Source: Prorocentrum cordatum
Lineage: Eukaryota
Reading direction: 5' to 3'
Length of the DNA stretch: 64,000 bases
Assembly (NCBI GenBank): GCA_963575745.1
Contig: CAUYUJ010000303.1
Location: 186,001 to 250,000, forward strand
The position numbers and the translations under genes are program-made. This document shows positions 1-12,450 of the stretch, one piece after another. The notes beneath the pieces are model-generated. The model did not search any database, was not told the origin of the DNA, and worked only from the letters and a program-made list of their open reading frames with translations. Position 1 is the stretch's first letter. Each line of letters opens with the position of its first letter.

Positions 1-242
1 GGGTCAGGGCTAACTCGGGTTCGTGTTTTGGGAATCCAAACCCGAGTTACCCCGGACCCGAGTTACCCCGGATAACTCGGGCGCCCAACCACCCCAAGCC
101 ACACCTCTCGGGGAGGGGGGGGGCGGCGGGGCCCGAAGGGGAGCTCTGGAACTTCACGCAGGTCGGGGCTCGCTTGCACGCCTCTTCGGCCCAGCGCTGC
201 TGGAAGTGGTGGCGGAGGGGGCGGGGGACACGTCATGCAGGT

Positions 243-433
243 TTGTGGAAGTCGATTAATGGAGAAGAAGCGTGCTGCCAAATAATTTCCAGATGTCTAC
301 AATATGTTTCAAACATGATTTGAGTATGTTAAAACATAAGTGAAACGTTTTTAGAGCATATTCTACACAGTTTAAACACATGTTTAATTCAATGCTGGGA
401 TTGTTGGAGTGTCCATTGTCATGGCATCCACAA
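243..433. mobile_element. MITE family A copy 1 (AT-rich, TIR TTGTGGA...TCCACAA)
   Basis: Starts TTGTGGA (243-249) and ends TCCACAA (427-433). The body (TGCTGCCAAATAATT-CCAGATGT ... GTGTCCATTGTC-TGGCATCCACAA) recurs at 6119-6282 and 45354-45546. No clean TSD on this copy. Confidence 0.8.
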
Positions 434-562
434 GGTTTGCCAGAATCTGATTCCGAGTGCCGTTCCACCCGCGTGGGCCCTCGCAGGCTCCCGCGGGGGC
501 TGCCTCGCCCCGCGCCTGTCGCCGCCGCCACCGCCGTCGACCTTCGGAAGCCCCTAAGAAAA

Positions 563-735
563 TTCGGGGGTGGACAGACCTCCTACCCTGACACGTCGAT
601 TAGCGCATTGGCCGTTTTCGGTTCGCGAGGGGGCGTCGCAGCCGTCATGTTTGCGGGTCCAGTTCCGTCGGTTTCGGTCCCGGGTCGTTTTCACTACGGG
701 GAGGTTTATTAAAGGAAGGTTTGTCCACCGCCGAA
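563..735. mobile_element. MITE family B copy 1 (TIR ~TTCGG(C/G)GGTGGACA...TGTCCACCGCCGAA)
   Basis: Left end TTCGGGGGTGGACAGACCTCC is an imperfect inverted repeat of right end GGAAGGTTTGTCCACCGCCGAA. A second copy lies at ~6780-6952. No TSD seen. Confidence 0.7.
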
Positions 736-2970
736 AAATAGAGACCGGCAACCGTTTGAGACAGTTTCTTTACCCCCTGGCGATAACAGGCGTCACGGAA
801 GGGGCCGGGGAGGGGGGAGGAGGCGGGTCATCGGACGGAGGATTAGTCTGTTCCAAGGCGTTTTGGAATGTTCTCAGAGCGTTTCGGAACGCTCTGAGAA
901 GGCGGCGCGGCGCCCGAGGCATGATCCTCCAGAGCCGCCAGATTTCAGAGATCCTCAGTTTCTCCTCACCCGAGTGTGTCCGCGTCGTGGTTTCGTCCTA
1001 GGTCACGTCACGATCTGGCCCAGCGCCGTCTGGGAATGCTTCTGCCAGAACGGCTCATTCCCGGACGGCGCCAGCGAAGGGGTGAAAAGCGGGGCGGGTC
1101 CCAGGCACGATTGCTAATGATGTAAACAACTATTTCGAAGGACTCTCACGTCTGGTGCCGCAGACCTCGAGACACCACTGGCGACCCCTCCCGGGACCCG
1201 CCGGGACGCCGGGGGGGGGGCGGGGGGGTTCTGACGTGGGACCCCCCCCCACCACACCAAAGACGCGGCTCCCCGCTGGCCGCCCCCCATGGGGCCACCC
1301 CCCATGGGGCCCGGGGACCAGCCGGGACCCCAAGACGGTTGGGCGAAACTGCGACCCGGGACCACCCCCGCACCGACCACCCCCCTTGCCCCACCACACC
1401 ACAGGCGGGACCTCCATCGGGACTCCCGCTGGCGACCCCTCCAGGGACCCGCCGGGACCATGGGGACCGCCCCCCCCCGGGACCTCCCGCCGTCAGGGAA
1501 GGGAAAAAGGGAAGTTCCTGAAGTTCCTTGGGAAAGCGACGACGAAGACGAGGACTGCGTCTCACACACGCCGAAGGGTGTCGGCGGATTTGTTCTGCTC
1601 ATTCTGAGCATGGCTCGCTCAGCCCATCAACCATAAAAGCATAGCCATCTACAGCCATCAACAATACACGCTCTCCTTGGCAAAATAGTAGCTGCAATAC
1701 GAACAACGACACTGCAACCCCATGATCAGCAACGACGACATTAACCGCAATCGCATCAGCAAAGCCGGCAGATGTACCCGATAACGCAAGTCTTCGTTCC
1801 AGGTCGGAGCCCCTTTTATGCTAAATCATAGTTGGGGAACATCAGCAACGTTTGAGAATCCCTTGCAAGAAATGCAGCTGAGTCCACGTGAGCGGCGTCG
1901 CGCGCACATGGCGAAACCCGTCAAAAACCACGGGTTTCCCAAGTAAGTCAAGATCGAGGTTCCCGAAGCAGAAAACAATGTTTGTGCAAACTGAGAGTTC
2001 AAACAGTGCGCGCTCTTGCGAATTCTGTATATAAAAACCACAAAAAGATGTTCAATATTTCCTCCGAGTGCGATTTAGCGGCCCTCTCGCTCACGCATGG
2101 CTTAATCATTCGAACGACTTTGCGCGATTGTTGAGGGGAGGGGCGACTCTTGTTAAACAAGACCATGCGAGCCAGTCGCGCGCGTCCGTCGCGCGCGCCT
2201 GTCGAAATCCTCCCAAAACCCTCATCACCAGCACGTGGACACCACCATCGTCATCGGCGCGATCAGCATCGGCGCCCTCATCGGCATTGCCGTCGTCATC
2301 GTCATCGTCCTCACCAGCACCGCTACTATCATCATCGTGCCTGCCTTTCTACCGACGTCGCCATGATGATGCCCGAGTCACCGACTCGCACTGGAGTGCC
2401 CGCGCGCCAGCGCGGCCTGCGAGACGCGCTGGGAAGGAGTACCCAGCGGTCAGCGCCATCGCGGCCGTGTCGGTCGCGCCGGAGTACCTGGCCATTCTGC
2501 GCGCGACGCTGCGCGCTAAAGCGGCCGCAGCGACGCGCCAGCGCCAAGCAACCATCGCGATTGTCGCCGTATGGGTTTTGCAAACCAAGTTGCGGGTGGT
2601 TGGGTTGGATATTTGCGCGAGCAATGGATCTGAACAGTTCAAGTTCAGCGTGCGAGTTGCACCACATCAATTGCGCAACATTGGTTGCACCACACACCTT
2701 GCACCCACGTGGAGTGTCCCACATATATTGCAAAGCATAGGATGCTAGGAACGCGCTGTGTAGGGCTTCGCTGGCTAACATACAATATGTACACACAGAT
2801 ACACATATGCATCGAGACCACGGCCTCACCCGCCTAGCGTTAGATCGGCCTCGAGGATGCTCCGCATGGGTGGTTTGGTCGCTCGACCGACATGGCAAAG
2901 TTGGACAAACAGCGAGTACGGCATGGAATGCGGGGGGCATGCGTGCAGGCAACGGGGGGAAGATTGAGAA

Positions 2971-3015
2971 AGAGGGAGAGAGAGAGAGAGAAGGGGGGGA
3001 AAGAGAGAGAGAGAG
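2971..3015. repeat. (GA)n microsatellite
   Basis: Direct reading. Confidence 0.9.
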
Positions 3016-5664
3016 GCAACCCATGGACATTTGAACAAGACGCCATCCATGTTGAAGGCCAAACCTAATTTACTGTGTCTGGGGCTGTGCTGTAAGTGCC
3101 CTCGCTGCTGCACCCGCACTGCAAAATTGATTGGCGCGTGCGCGCTCGTTGTGCAACAGGTGCATCCGATGTGCTTACTACTTTCTCCCATGCAACGTTC
3201 ACAAGTCGGTGTTCGAGCCGAGCAGGTGTGTTGAGATGCTGCACTTGGCAAGCGACTGTTCCTACACCGAGTTGGGCGGTGCAGCGCGCCTGCCGCACTG
3301 CGGTTGGATCACGTCACCGATGGGTCGCTCTGCTTCTCAGCTTGCGGGCGGCGTCTATTCTGTCGAGCGCCAGCGTTCCGCACATTGTTCCATTGGTGTC
3401 CGCAGCTCAAGCTAGACCCTTCCAGAATCGGCCGATATCGCTCATTCCCGTCTTTGGACACATGCAATGGCATCACTAGTGACGCTAAACTTGTAGGCGC
3501 CAGTAGGGACTGACAACGTGGAGAAGGACTTGCCTGCTGCCACCAGCAGTGTTCGCTGCGACTGTGGGTTTCTCTTGAAGCAGGATTCTCGGGCGCTGTT
3601 TTGGCAATGTGTGGTAATCCTGTGGCGTCCAGGGGCCGTGTTGCTGCCATGTTGGGGCCATCTTGGGCGGCGTGGGGGCATCTCGAGGCAACTGAAGGCC
3701 ACTTGGGATCTCTCCAGGGCATTGTTAGCACATCTTGTGGCCTGGTTGGTCGATCTTGGGCGATCAGTGGGCGATTTGGGGGAATCCAGAGGCCACACTG
3801 GGACCATCCTGGGCCATCTGGGGGCCTCCATTTTCAGGGCATCTGGGGATCTCTTGGGGGCAGGACTGGCAACATGCAGAGCTGATGAGACTTACACTTT
3901 AGGCGATGCTTAAGAACACTTAAATTTTCGGCCAGAGTCTCGATTATTCTTAATGTTTCAATGTAAATCCTAAGATTTGAATAGAAATTTTAGGTTTTTA
4001 TTAAAGTTCTGAGACTATGAATTTCTTAACCCATGATTTCTTAAGCATTTCGCAGGGTGTATGTTTTAGCTTTGACTTCCCTCAACAATGATATCGAGGC
4101 CACTTGGATAATTTCGAAGGCAACGATACCGGTGGCATCTCGGACGAACTCGTGAGCGATCCCAGTTCGGGAATCCTCAGAACTCCTGTCCTGGAGGTTT
4201 ACAAGTGGATCTGATGTTTCGGGGGGCAGTCCACGGAGGCAGTCGAGCTTCCGTTCTGGGGCTCGGTCCAAAACGTATCAGGATGGACGGTCAGGGGAGG
4301 TCGAGCCCGTTTTTCTTGGATGGGGGGCGGCGGCGGTCCAGACGACCCGGGGGATATTGCCAGGGATCGTTGGAGAGCATCTCGTTTATCAGCAACGTTG
4401 TTGTGTTCTCTGGAAGAAGTGCGTTACAGATCCGCTGTTAGCCTGCATGTCGGCCAATTTGGAGGGGCCACTCACACGCACTTCACCTCGCCACCAAATG
4501 TTCTGTTTCTCCTCGCTGGTGTCAGAGATTTGCACCCTCGCATACACGACATAATCGAAGGTATCGCAGACGTGATCGGTCCCCGTTGTAGCTTCGCTAC
4601 CTGGTTCAATGTGGGTCGTCGTGCTCGGAGTCAGCGAGCAACTACCCAGTAACAAACGCTTGTATAATGTTCAGGCGTAGCGCCTCCTCGACAATTTTGA
4701 CGACTGTCCAGAGCGAGGAGAGGAGCAGCGAGCGGGACAGGTAAAGAGAATGCCGTTGGTCGAGAGTGGCAGCGACGTTCGTGGCATCGTTCGGCTGGCA
4801 TCAGGCGAAGATCGTGCTCTTGGGGGACTCCGGTGTGGCGCGAGACGCGCCCCCCAATCTCTGCCAACGCTCGCCATGAAGCAAGAGGTGTGCAGGAAAA
4901 CGCATCTTTGGCCCTGGGGGCTTTCTCGAGGATCCTTTCTTCATCCGGACTTATGATGGTTCAACCCACTTTATCCTTGATCACGAGAAAGAATTTCGAG
5001 CCCCCAAAAAAGTATCGAAACTCAATGGTTTTCACTTGTCGAGCCCTGGGAGACACTCGTCCGACACTGTTTCGACACTCTTTCGACACTTTTCCGGGCG
5101 CTCGAAATTATTTCTGGCATGTGGTCTTTGAGTACGACGGGAACAACATAAATCCTGACAAGTTTTTGGAAGTTCCCAGGCCTGCGGAGAGACCCTGGGG
5201 ACTGGAAACGGTGAAACAACACCCCAGAACAGTTTCTGACAGGACTAGCGTTTCATGCCAGCAGTATTTGTTGGCGCTTGCTTGTTTTCACCTCCCAAAC
5301 TTTGCCTGGACGCATTTGGCGCACCTCCTCCACTGCTGCCGTGCAGCATGCCGCAATCTGATCTCGGGCCTTTTGTAAGCGAGTTGCGTTGATCCTGGCC
5401 GCGGACGGATTGTGTCCAGGGGCAGGATGGAGGTCGGCCCGCGTGCGAGCAAGCTTGAAGTTCCCGGTGCAAGAGGACACCCAGGACGGAGTCCCTAGCT
5501 TGGGAGGGCCACGGAGAGGAGAACGCCGCGCGGCACCCAACGTCGGGAAGTGGGCCATATACATTGCCAGTGGCGGGCGGCTTTTCAATCCCAGGACTTC
5601 TTGAGGGTCGGGGACGACGTCGGGGTGGTGTGGTGTATACTTTTTGTTCCGTTTCCCCCGGGGA

Positions 5665-6045
5665 AGCGACGACAAATGCATACACCAGGACCCCGTGTAC
5701 ACCAGGATCCGCTGTCCTGTGAAAGTTCTAGCGCAGAGCCGGAAAAAGTCCCGGAGGAACAGCGACAAATGCATGCACCAGGACCCCGTAGACACCAGGA
5801 TCCGTTTGTTTGTGAGAGTTCCAGCGCAGGGCCGGATAATGTCCCGGGGGAACAGCGACAAATATATACACCAGGACCCTGTGTACCGCAGGATCCGTCG
5901 TCTTGTGAGAGTTTCGGCGCAGGGCCGGAACCAGCGTCGGTGTATCGAGTTCGGCTCCCTACAAATGCATACAGCAGGACCCCGTGTACACCAGGATCCG
6001 CTTCCTGGTGAGAGTTGCGGCGCAGAGCCAGAAAACAGCGTCGGT
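5665..6045. repeat. Tandem minisatellite, ~4 units of ~92-105 bp
   Basis: The core AAATGCATACACCAGGACCCCGTGTACACCAGGATCCG recurs with variants at ~5674, 5767, 5859 and 5963. Confidence 0.85.
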
Positions 6046-6118
6046 GTATAGCGTTCGGCTCCCTGCAATGGGGGCTCCTCCACGGAACGGCTCTGGGCAC
6101 CCAGGGCCTGTTGTAACC

Positions 6119-6282
6119 TTCTGTAAGTCGATTAGTGAAGAGGAAGCATGCTGCCAAATAATTCCCAGATGTCTAAACATGTTTTCAACATGTTTATAAA
6201 ATGTGTACATAACATGTTTCCTACACACTTTTTAAATTCAATGATAAGATTGTTAGGGTGTCCATTGTCGTGGCATCCACAA
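6119..6282. mobile_element. MITE family A copy 2, with 8-bp TSD
   Basis: Flanked by TTGTAACC (6111-6118) and TTGTAAAC (6283-6290). The paralogous host repeat at 6621-6760 has a single TTGTAACC (6632-6639), i.e. the empty site. Confidence 0.85.
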
Positions 6283-6290
6283 TTGTAAAC

Positions 6291-6760
6291 ACCCCCGCTG
6301 CAGGAGGAGCACCAGCACGGAGCCCCTGCCCTTGGGGGGGGGCGACCCAGGCGAGGCAGAGGATCGCCATGTGAGGCCCACGCAGGGGGCTCTTCTGCGG
6401 GGACCACGGGCGGCGAGCGAGGGTGGGAATCGAGAAGGGGCGGGCCTTCTCAGGCCTTCTCAGAGGTCTCGGAAGTTCCGCGGCCTTCTGAGAAGTCTCC
6501 TGAGATTTCCCCGAAGACAGACAAATCAACTTCTCAGAAGGCGCGAGGGCTTCTGAGAAGTCCCGCCGCCTTCTGAGAAGGCCTTCTCCTTCTCACTTCC
6601 CCCCCTCGCTCGCCACCAAACCCAGGGGGTGTTGTAACCACCCCCGCTGCAGGAGGAGCACCAGCACGGAGCCCCTGCCCCCGGGGGGGGGGGGGGCGAC
6701 CCAGGCGAGGCAGAGGACCACCGTGAGGCCCGCGCAGGGGGCTCCTCGGCGGGGACCAGT
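6291..6760. repeat. Local duplication (~110-bp unit at 6291-6410 and 6640-6757) with a CTTCTCAGAAG/CTTCTGAGAAG palindromic repeat cluster between the copies
   Basis: ACCCCCGCTGCAGGAGGAGCACCAGCACGGAGCCCCTGCCC...GCGACCCAGGCGAGGCAGAGGA is present twice. Confidence 0.8.
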
Positions 6761-6779
6761 TCTGGGCACGTGCATACTG

Positions 6780-6952
6780 CTCGGAGGATGATAGACCTCC
6801 TACCCTGACACGTCGATTAGCGAATTGGCCGTTTTCGGTTCGCGAGAGGGCGCCGCGGCCGTTATTTTTGCGGGTCCAGGTCCGTCGGTTTCGGTCCTAG
6901 GCCGTTTTCACTAAAGGGAGGCTTGCTAAAGGGAGGTTTGTCCACCGCCGAA
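6780..6952. mobile_element. MITE family B copy 2 (left end degenerate)
   Basis: AGACCTCCTACCC-TGACACGTCGATTAGCG...GGAGGTTTGTCCACCGCCGAA matches 575-735. Confidence 0.7.
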
Positions 6953-7633
6953 TTGCCGCAGCGTGGCATCCTTGTTTTGTTGGCATCTTTTGTTGTTGAG
7001 TCGGGCGTTGATTGTCTTGTATTGCGTGGCATCAGGCAAGCACAGGACAGAGACAAATCTGGACCAGAGATCCTGAGTTCTGCGGAGCGATGCGCCCGCA
7101 GTCGCACGAGTAGCCGAAACGGTCGCAGGCGTGAAGAATTCAAAGGAAACATTGGCGCAGACTTAGAGGTTGGGGCAGTCGGATTTGCGTGGGCATCGGT
7201 AGCGGGGGCGCGACTTGCGCATGGAGGCGCAATAGGTCGGCGTTTCGGCGCGTCCGCGACTTGCCTGTGGACGCGCAATACGTTGGAAATGACATCGCAG
7301 TCGGAACCATCACCGGCCATGATACGTTGGCCCCCCATCCCGGCCACAAGACGACGTCTTGGGCGCCTCCGCAGGCAGATTTTAGAGTATCTCGGAAGCG
7401 GTAGTCGGGGCGAGACAAATTTCGTTGGACGGTTGTTTCTCAAAGAGCCCCGGCCAGTTCCAGGGATGCTTGTTTGCTATGGTTCAGGCGCGGCTCGTGT
7501 TTCCGAGACTTTCAAGCGGTTCCAGACAAGTTCTGACGCTACATTTTGGCGCACCGCGGTTTTCCGTTGTGGTCGCTTTGAACATCGGTTTTCGGATGGT
7601 CCCAGATTTCCAGGCTCCGTACGATCAACCAGA

Positions 7634-7824
7634 TGCAGGCGAAAGGGGGGGATTGGGAGAGGGGGGTTACGAAATCTGCTGCATGCAGCTGGTTTCCGCG
7701 CCACCGAGGGGCCCATTCCTCGATACATGGGCGCCTCCCAGCGCCGGGAGGCGCCGGGGAAATCGGCTACGCGAGCTGATTCTCAAACCCCCCTTTGCTA
7801 TCCCCCCTTTCGCCCGGCCCAACA
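7634..7824. mobile_element. MITE-like element flanked by a 14-bp direct repeat
   Basis: Subterminal inverted repeats GGCGAAAGGGGGG / CCCCCCTTTCGCC. Flanks are TACGATCAACCAGA at 7620-7633 and 7825-7838. Confidence 0.55.
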
Positions 7825-9332
7825 TACGATCAACCAGAGGCGGGCGATTAGTTTGCGCCTCTCCCGAGGCCTTCGGAGCGGCGAGCTCGGTTCCGAAGGC
7901 CCGCGGGGCCCGTGGGCCATTCGCAGGGCCGCCGACGCCCCCGTGCGGCGGGCCTTCAGTGGCGCGCCCTTGCGCACAGGTGGCCACAAGTGGCCACATG
8001 CGCGGCGGGGGTTCATCTCCGCCAGGGCACACCTCTTGTTTCTCAGAGAAGGAAGAGGTGCCCGTACCTCTACTCTTCCCTCGTGTTCCTTTTTTTTCGG
8101 CCTCCTGGGAGGCCCTCGTCGCCACCGCTGGATTCGCCTCGAAATTCTGGTCAGAACGCACCCTGGGAGAGGTCCGGGGAGTGGTGGTATCGGTACCTTT
8201 TGATTTCTCCAGTTTCGTGAAGCCGATTGCGCCCAGGGCGTGGCAAACCTTTTGGGCGGTGCCTCCGCGGCTCCCAAAATCGCATACGATTGCTATATCT
8301 GTCAGATGTTGTGCGTCTCCCAGCTTCGCGCCTTGGTCGTTGGTTGCCTCGCACGTTCACAACGTTTCGTTGCAGCTTGCAAACATTAAGAGCGCGAGTG
8401 CGCGCATGACGTTAAGAGGTGTTGTGAGCCCATCTTTTGTGTGAGGATTCTTTCGACCTCTCACCGTTGTTAGTGCCAATGATGATGGGGTTGTATGCGC
8501 CCCGCCCGGGGGGGCAATTCTGCTCGAGTGTGTGCAGTTGATTGTCGGTGCGTCAATGAGGGACCGCAAGGCGCTGTCCGGCTTCGGTGTTTCTGTTAAT
8601 TGGATGCATCCTTGTTGATGTTTTGTAGTGTTGCGTTGTTCTCTGTGTTGCTTGCCATGTATCGTACGTATCACACATCACTTACAGCATTCAGCTAATT
8701 ACAAGGTGCATGCATTCATATGGAGACAACTCGTTCAAGCAGAGTGCCTTTCAAACATTTCAAGGTTCCATGGCCACGACCACAACCACCCCGCCCCCGC
8801 CCACTCCGTCTTGCTGTTGTTCCGAAGTCATGTTCAGCCCCCCCCGCGCCCAGTGAATTCACTATGTCGCATATGTGTCCCTTGTGTCGCGCGCGCCCCT
8901 CACACCTGTTCGCTGCCAGGGGAAGTCTTCCTTGGCGCTCCGGTTCTGCCAGGGGCGCTTCAACCCCTACCACGAGGCGACGCGCGGCAACGATGAGCTA
9001 CTATTCTTGGGAGCTCCAAGTGCACACCTGTTCTGGGAGCCTTGAGCGCGCGGCGCCTGTCTGCGACAGCTGATCAGTCTGGGGCTGCTTGGTGGAGGAG
9101 AAGCTTGCAGAGCACGTGAACCCAGTCCTGGTCCCAGCATCAGTTGTGCCCTTCTTGCTAGGCCAGGCGAGCATGCCCAGGGCGTCTGCGTCCTCTGACA
9201 CGGACCAGTATACGCTCTAGCTTGGCCCCAGGGCCCCTCCCGTGATCAGTCCTGGCCCGCTCTCCGAGCCGATGCTGGCGTCGCGACGGGGAGGTACCCT
9301 TGCAGAGGCCCCCGCACCCCAAGCAAAGCGTT

Positions 9333-10774
9333 GATGAGCATGGGGATCAGGATCAGGATCAGGATCAGGATCAGGATGATGTTGATGATGATGGTGATGG
9401 TGATGGTGGTGGTGATGATGATGCTGATGATGATGATGATGATGATGGTGGTGATGGTGATGGTGATGGTGACGGTGATAGTGGTGGTGATGTTGATGAT
9501 GATGCTAATTATGATGATGATGATGATGCTGATGCTGATGATGATAATGATGCTGATGCTGATGCTGATGCTGATGATGATGATGATGACGACGACCCTG
9601 ATGACGATGATGATGATGACGATAATAACGATGATGATGGTTGTTGTTGTGGTGATGATGATGACGATGATGGTGATGATGTTGCTGATGATGATGGTGA
9701 AAAGGATAATGGTGATGCTGATGATGATGGTGATGATGGTGGTGGTGGTGATAATGAAAATGGAAAACGGTAATGAGCATACACAGGAGCAGGAGCAGGA
9801 ACAGGAGCAGGAGCAGGATCAGGTGCAGGAGGAGGAGCAGGATTAGGAGCAGGAGCAGGAGCAGGAGGTGGAGGGGGATGCATGTGACCAGATGTTGGTG
9901 ATGATTCGGGTGAGCATGAGGATCATGATCATGATGGTGACCGTGATAGTGATTGTGATGTTGTTGTTGATGATGGTATTGATGATGACGACGAAGATGA
10001 CGATGCTGATGTTAACAATTATGATGACCTTGATGCTGATGATGCTGATGGTGGTGATGATGATGAGCATGAACAGAAGCAGGAACAGGAGCCGGAGAAG
10101 GAGGAGGAGGAGGACGGTCCTGGTGATGTTGGTGATGATTAGGGTGAGGATGAGGATCAGGATCGCGATGGTGATGTTGATGGTGATGGTGATAGTAATG
10201 GTGAGAGTGATGATGACGATGATGATATTGATGATGACGACGGTAATAATTTTGACGATGCTGATGATGATGACGGTCATGATGACGATGTTGATGCTGA
10301 TGATGTTGTGATGGTGATGATGATGGTGGTGGTGGTGGTGGTGATGGTGCTGGTGATGATGCTGATATGAAGATCATGACTGCGCTGATGATGATGGCGA
10401 TCGTGATGGTGAAGGTGATGAGAATGATGATTAAAATGCTGATGATAATGACGATGAAGAGGATGCTGAAGATGATACCGATGGCAATGATGTCAGTGAT
10501 GATGCTGACGATGGTGATGATGATGATGATGATGTTGGTGGTGATGGTGGTGGTGATGGTGATTGTGATGGTGACGATAACGATGATGATGATGACGATG
10601 ATAAGATTGACGATGCTGATGATGATGATGACGATGGTGATGGTGATGGTGATGATGGTGGTGGTGGTGACGATGATGCCGACGATGATGATGCTGTTGA
10701 TGTTGGTTGTGATGATGTTTTTATACTTATGGAGGTGATGATGCTCATGGTGGTGGTGATGGGAATGGTGACGG

Positions 10775-10806
<32 letters not shown>

Positions 10807-10840
10807 GTGGTGATGATGATGTTGATTGTGATGATGATGC

Positions 10841-10896
<56 letters not shown>

Positions 10897-11145
10897 GTGA
10901 TGACGATGCAGGGGCAGGAGAATGAGCAAGAACACGAGAAGGAGCAGGAACAGGTGCAGGAGGAAGAGCAGGAGGAGGGGCAGGAGCAGGAGGAGGAGGA
11001 GGAGGAGGAGGATGGTCCTGGTGATGTTGGTGATGATCAGGATGAGGATCAGGATCAGGATCGTGATGGTGATGGTGATGATGATGGCGATGGTGACGAC
11101 GACGACGACGACGACGGGGATGACGGGGATGAGGAGGAGGATTTC
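9333..11145. repeat. Compound (GAT/GGT/GCT)n microsatellite block with (CAGGAG)n and (GATCAG)n modules
   Basis: Direct reading. It produces the spurious poly-Met/Asp/His ORFs. Confidence 0.95.
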
Positions 11146-11349
11146 GATGTTCTAGCCAGCGTCTTCTCGTTGATGGGGCTGGCGGAACCAAAGCGCACGA
11201 CATTTCTCCACCGCGTCGGGAAGGGCGTCGCCCTGCGGCGGGCAAGCTGAGGCCTGAGGTTTTGGGGGGGCGCCCGCGGATGGCCCAGGCATGTTGGGGC
11301 GCCTCTTGCCGGGACCTGGGGCCAACGGGGCCCCCACACTTCGGGGCGA

Positions 11350-11770
11350 TCGAGATGGATACGGAAAGTGTGGAGTACGCAGACCGACAGTTGTTCTTGC
11401 TCATGTTGAACGGGACACGCTGTCGTTGTCGCCGCGGACGGTGTCCACTTGAGACGGAAGGCCGCCTGCCCAACAGCGGCCGCTGTCGGTGTTGGACAAC
11501 ATTTGTTGTTGGGCATCGTACCTTCTGTTTCCGTGCCATGTCGGTTTGCCAGAGACACGATACGGTGACCAACCACACCGCGTGGTGACTCTGTGGGGAT
11601 TCGGGGGCACCATGCGGTTCTGGGAGTGGAGTCGTTCTTCGAGGATGTTTTGAGCGATTGGGACTTCTGGGGTTCGGAGTCACCACGCGGTCCGTCACCG
11701 CACAAAGTTGGGGGCCCGAAAGCCAGGTCTGTGGCGCGGCGACGTCGGAAATGATGGTTCGGCGTTGGCA
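11350..11770. repeat. Dispersed repeat, paralogous to ~44010-44830
   Basis: Shared AGACCGACAG...GCGGACGGTGTCCA(C/T)TTGAGACGGAA-GCC-CCTGCCCAACAGCGGCC and GTCACCRCGCGGTCCGTYACCGCA. Confidence 0.65.
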
Positions 11771-11974
11771 GCAGGCACCTCTACCACCACCATGCTTGGC
11801 CAGGACCGTCCCGGGTCCTGAGACGGTGCACAGGCGCACGGGCTTCTCCTGGCCTCAGCTATTCCAGAAAGTATGGTGTTGTATTGTGCCTTCTTCGCAT
11901 TGCAGGCCGAACCCATCGGGTATGGGTATTGTGAATGCCTTACGGCCGGTGCCGCCGACCCTGAAGACGACGAC

Positions 11975-12450
11975 GAGGAGGAGGAGGAGGAGGAGGAGGA
12001 GGAGGGGGAGGAGGAGGAGGAGGGGGAGGGGAGGAGGAGGAGGAGGAGGGAGGAGGAGGAGGAGGAGGAGGAGGAGGAGGGGGGGAGGAGGAGGAGGGAG
12101 GAGGAGGAGGAGGAGGAGGGAGGAGGAGGACGCGGTGGAGCAGCAGGAGGGCGGGAGGAAGGAGCAGCAGGAGGAGGCGGATGGGGGGGCGCCAGCTACA
12201 CGCCAGCACCTCCTCCTCCTCCTCCTCCTCCTCCTCCTCCTCCTCCTCCTCCCTTCCCTCCTTCTCCTCCTCCCCCTCCCTTCCCTCCCCCTCCCCCTCC
12301 TATCCCCTCTCCTTCTCTCCTCCTTCTCCTCCTCCTCCTCCCCCCCCCCTCCTCCTCCTCCTCCTCCTCCTCCTCCTCCTCCTCTTCTCTTCTCCTCTCC
12401 TCCTCCTCCTCCTCCTCCTCCTCCTCCTCCTCCTCCTCCTCCTCCTCTTC
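11975..12450. repeat. Inverted purine/pyrimidine block: (GGA)n at 11975-12130 facing (CCT)n at 12209-12450
   Basis: Direct reading. Confidence 0.9.

Noticed and set aside
4100..4900. Possible decayed minus-strand coding remnant (also 14480-15075)
   Set aside because: Looks coding-like but has no recognisable motif, so I cannot support a call.
6923..8444. 426-aa and 339-aa ORFs
   Set aside because: They run across MITE and repeat pieces, with no motifs or codon bias. Expected by chance at this GC content.
9300..11250. Poly-Met/Asp/His proteins (also 15600-16240)
   Set aside because: Frame artefacts of (GAT)n/(ATC)n microsatellites.
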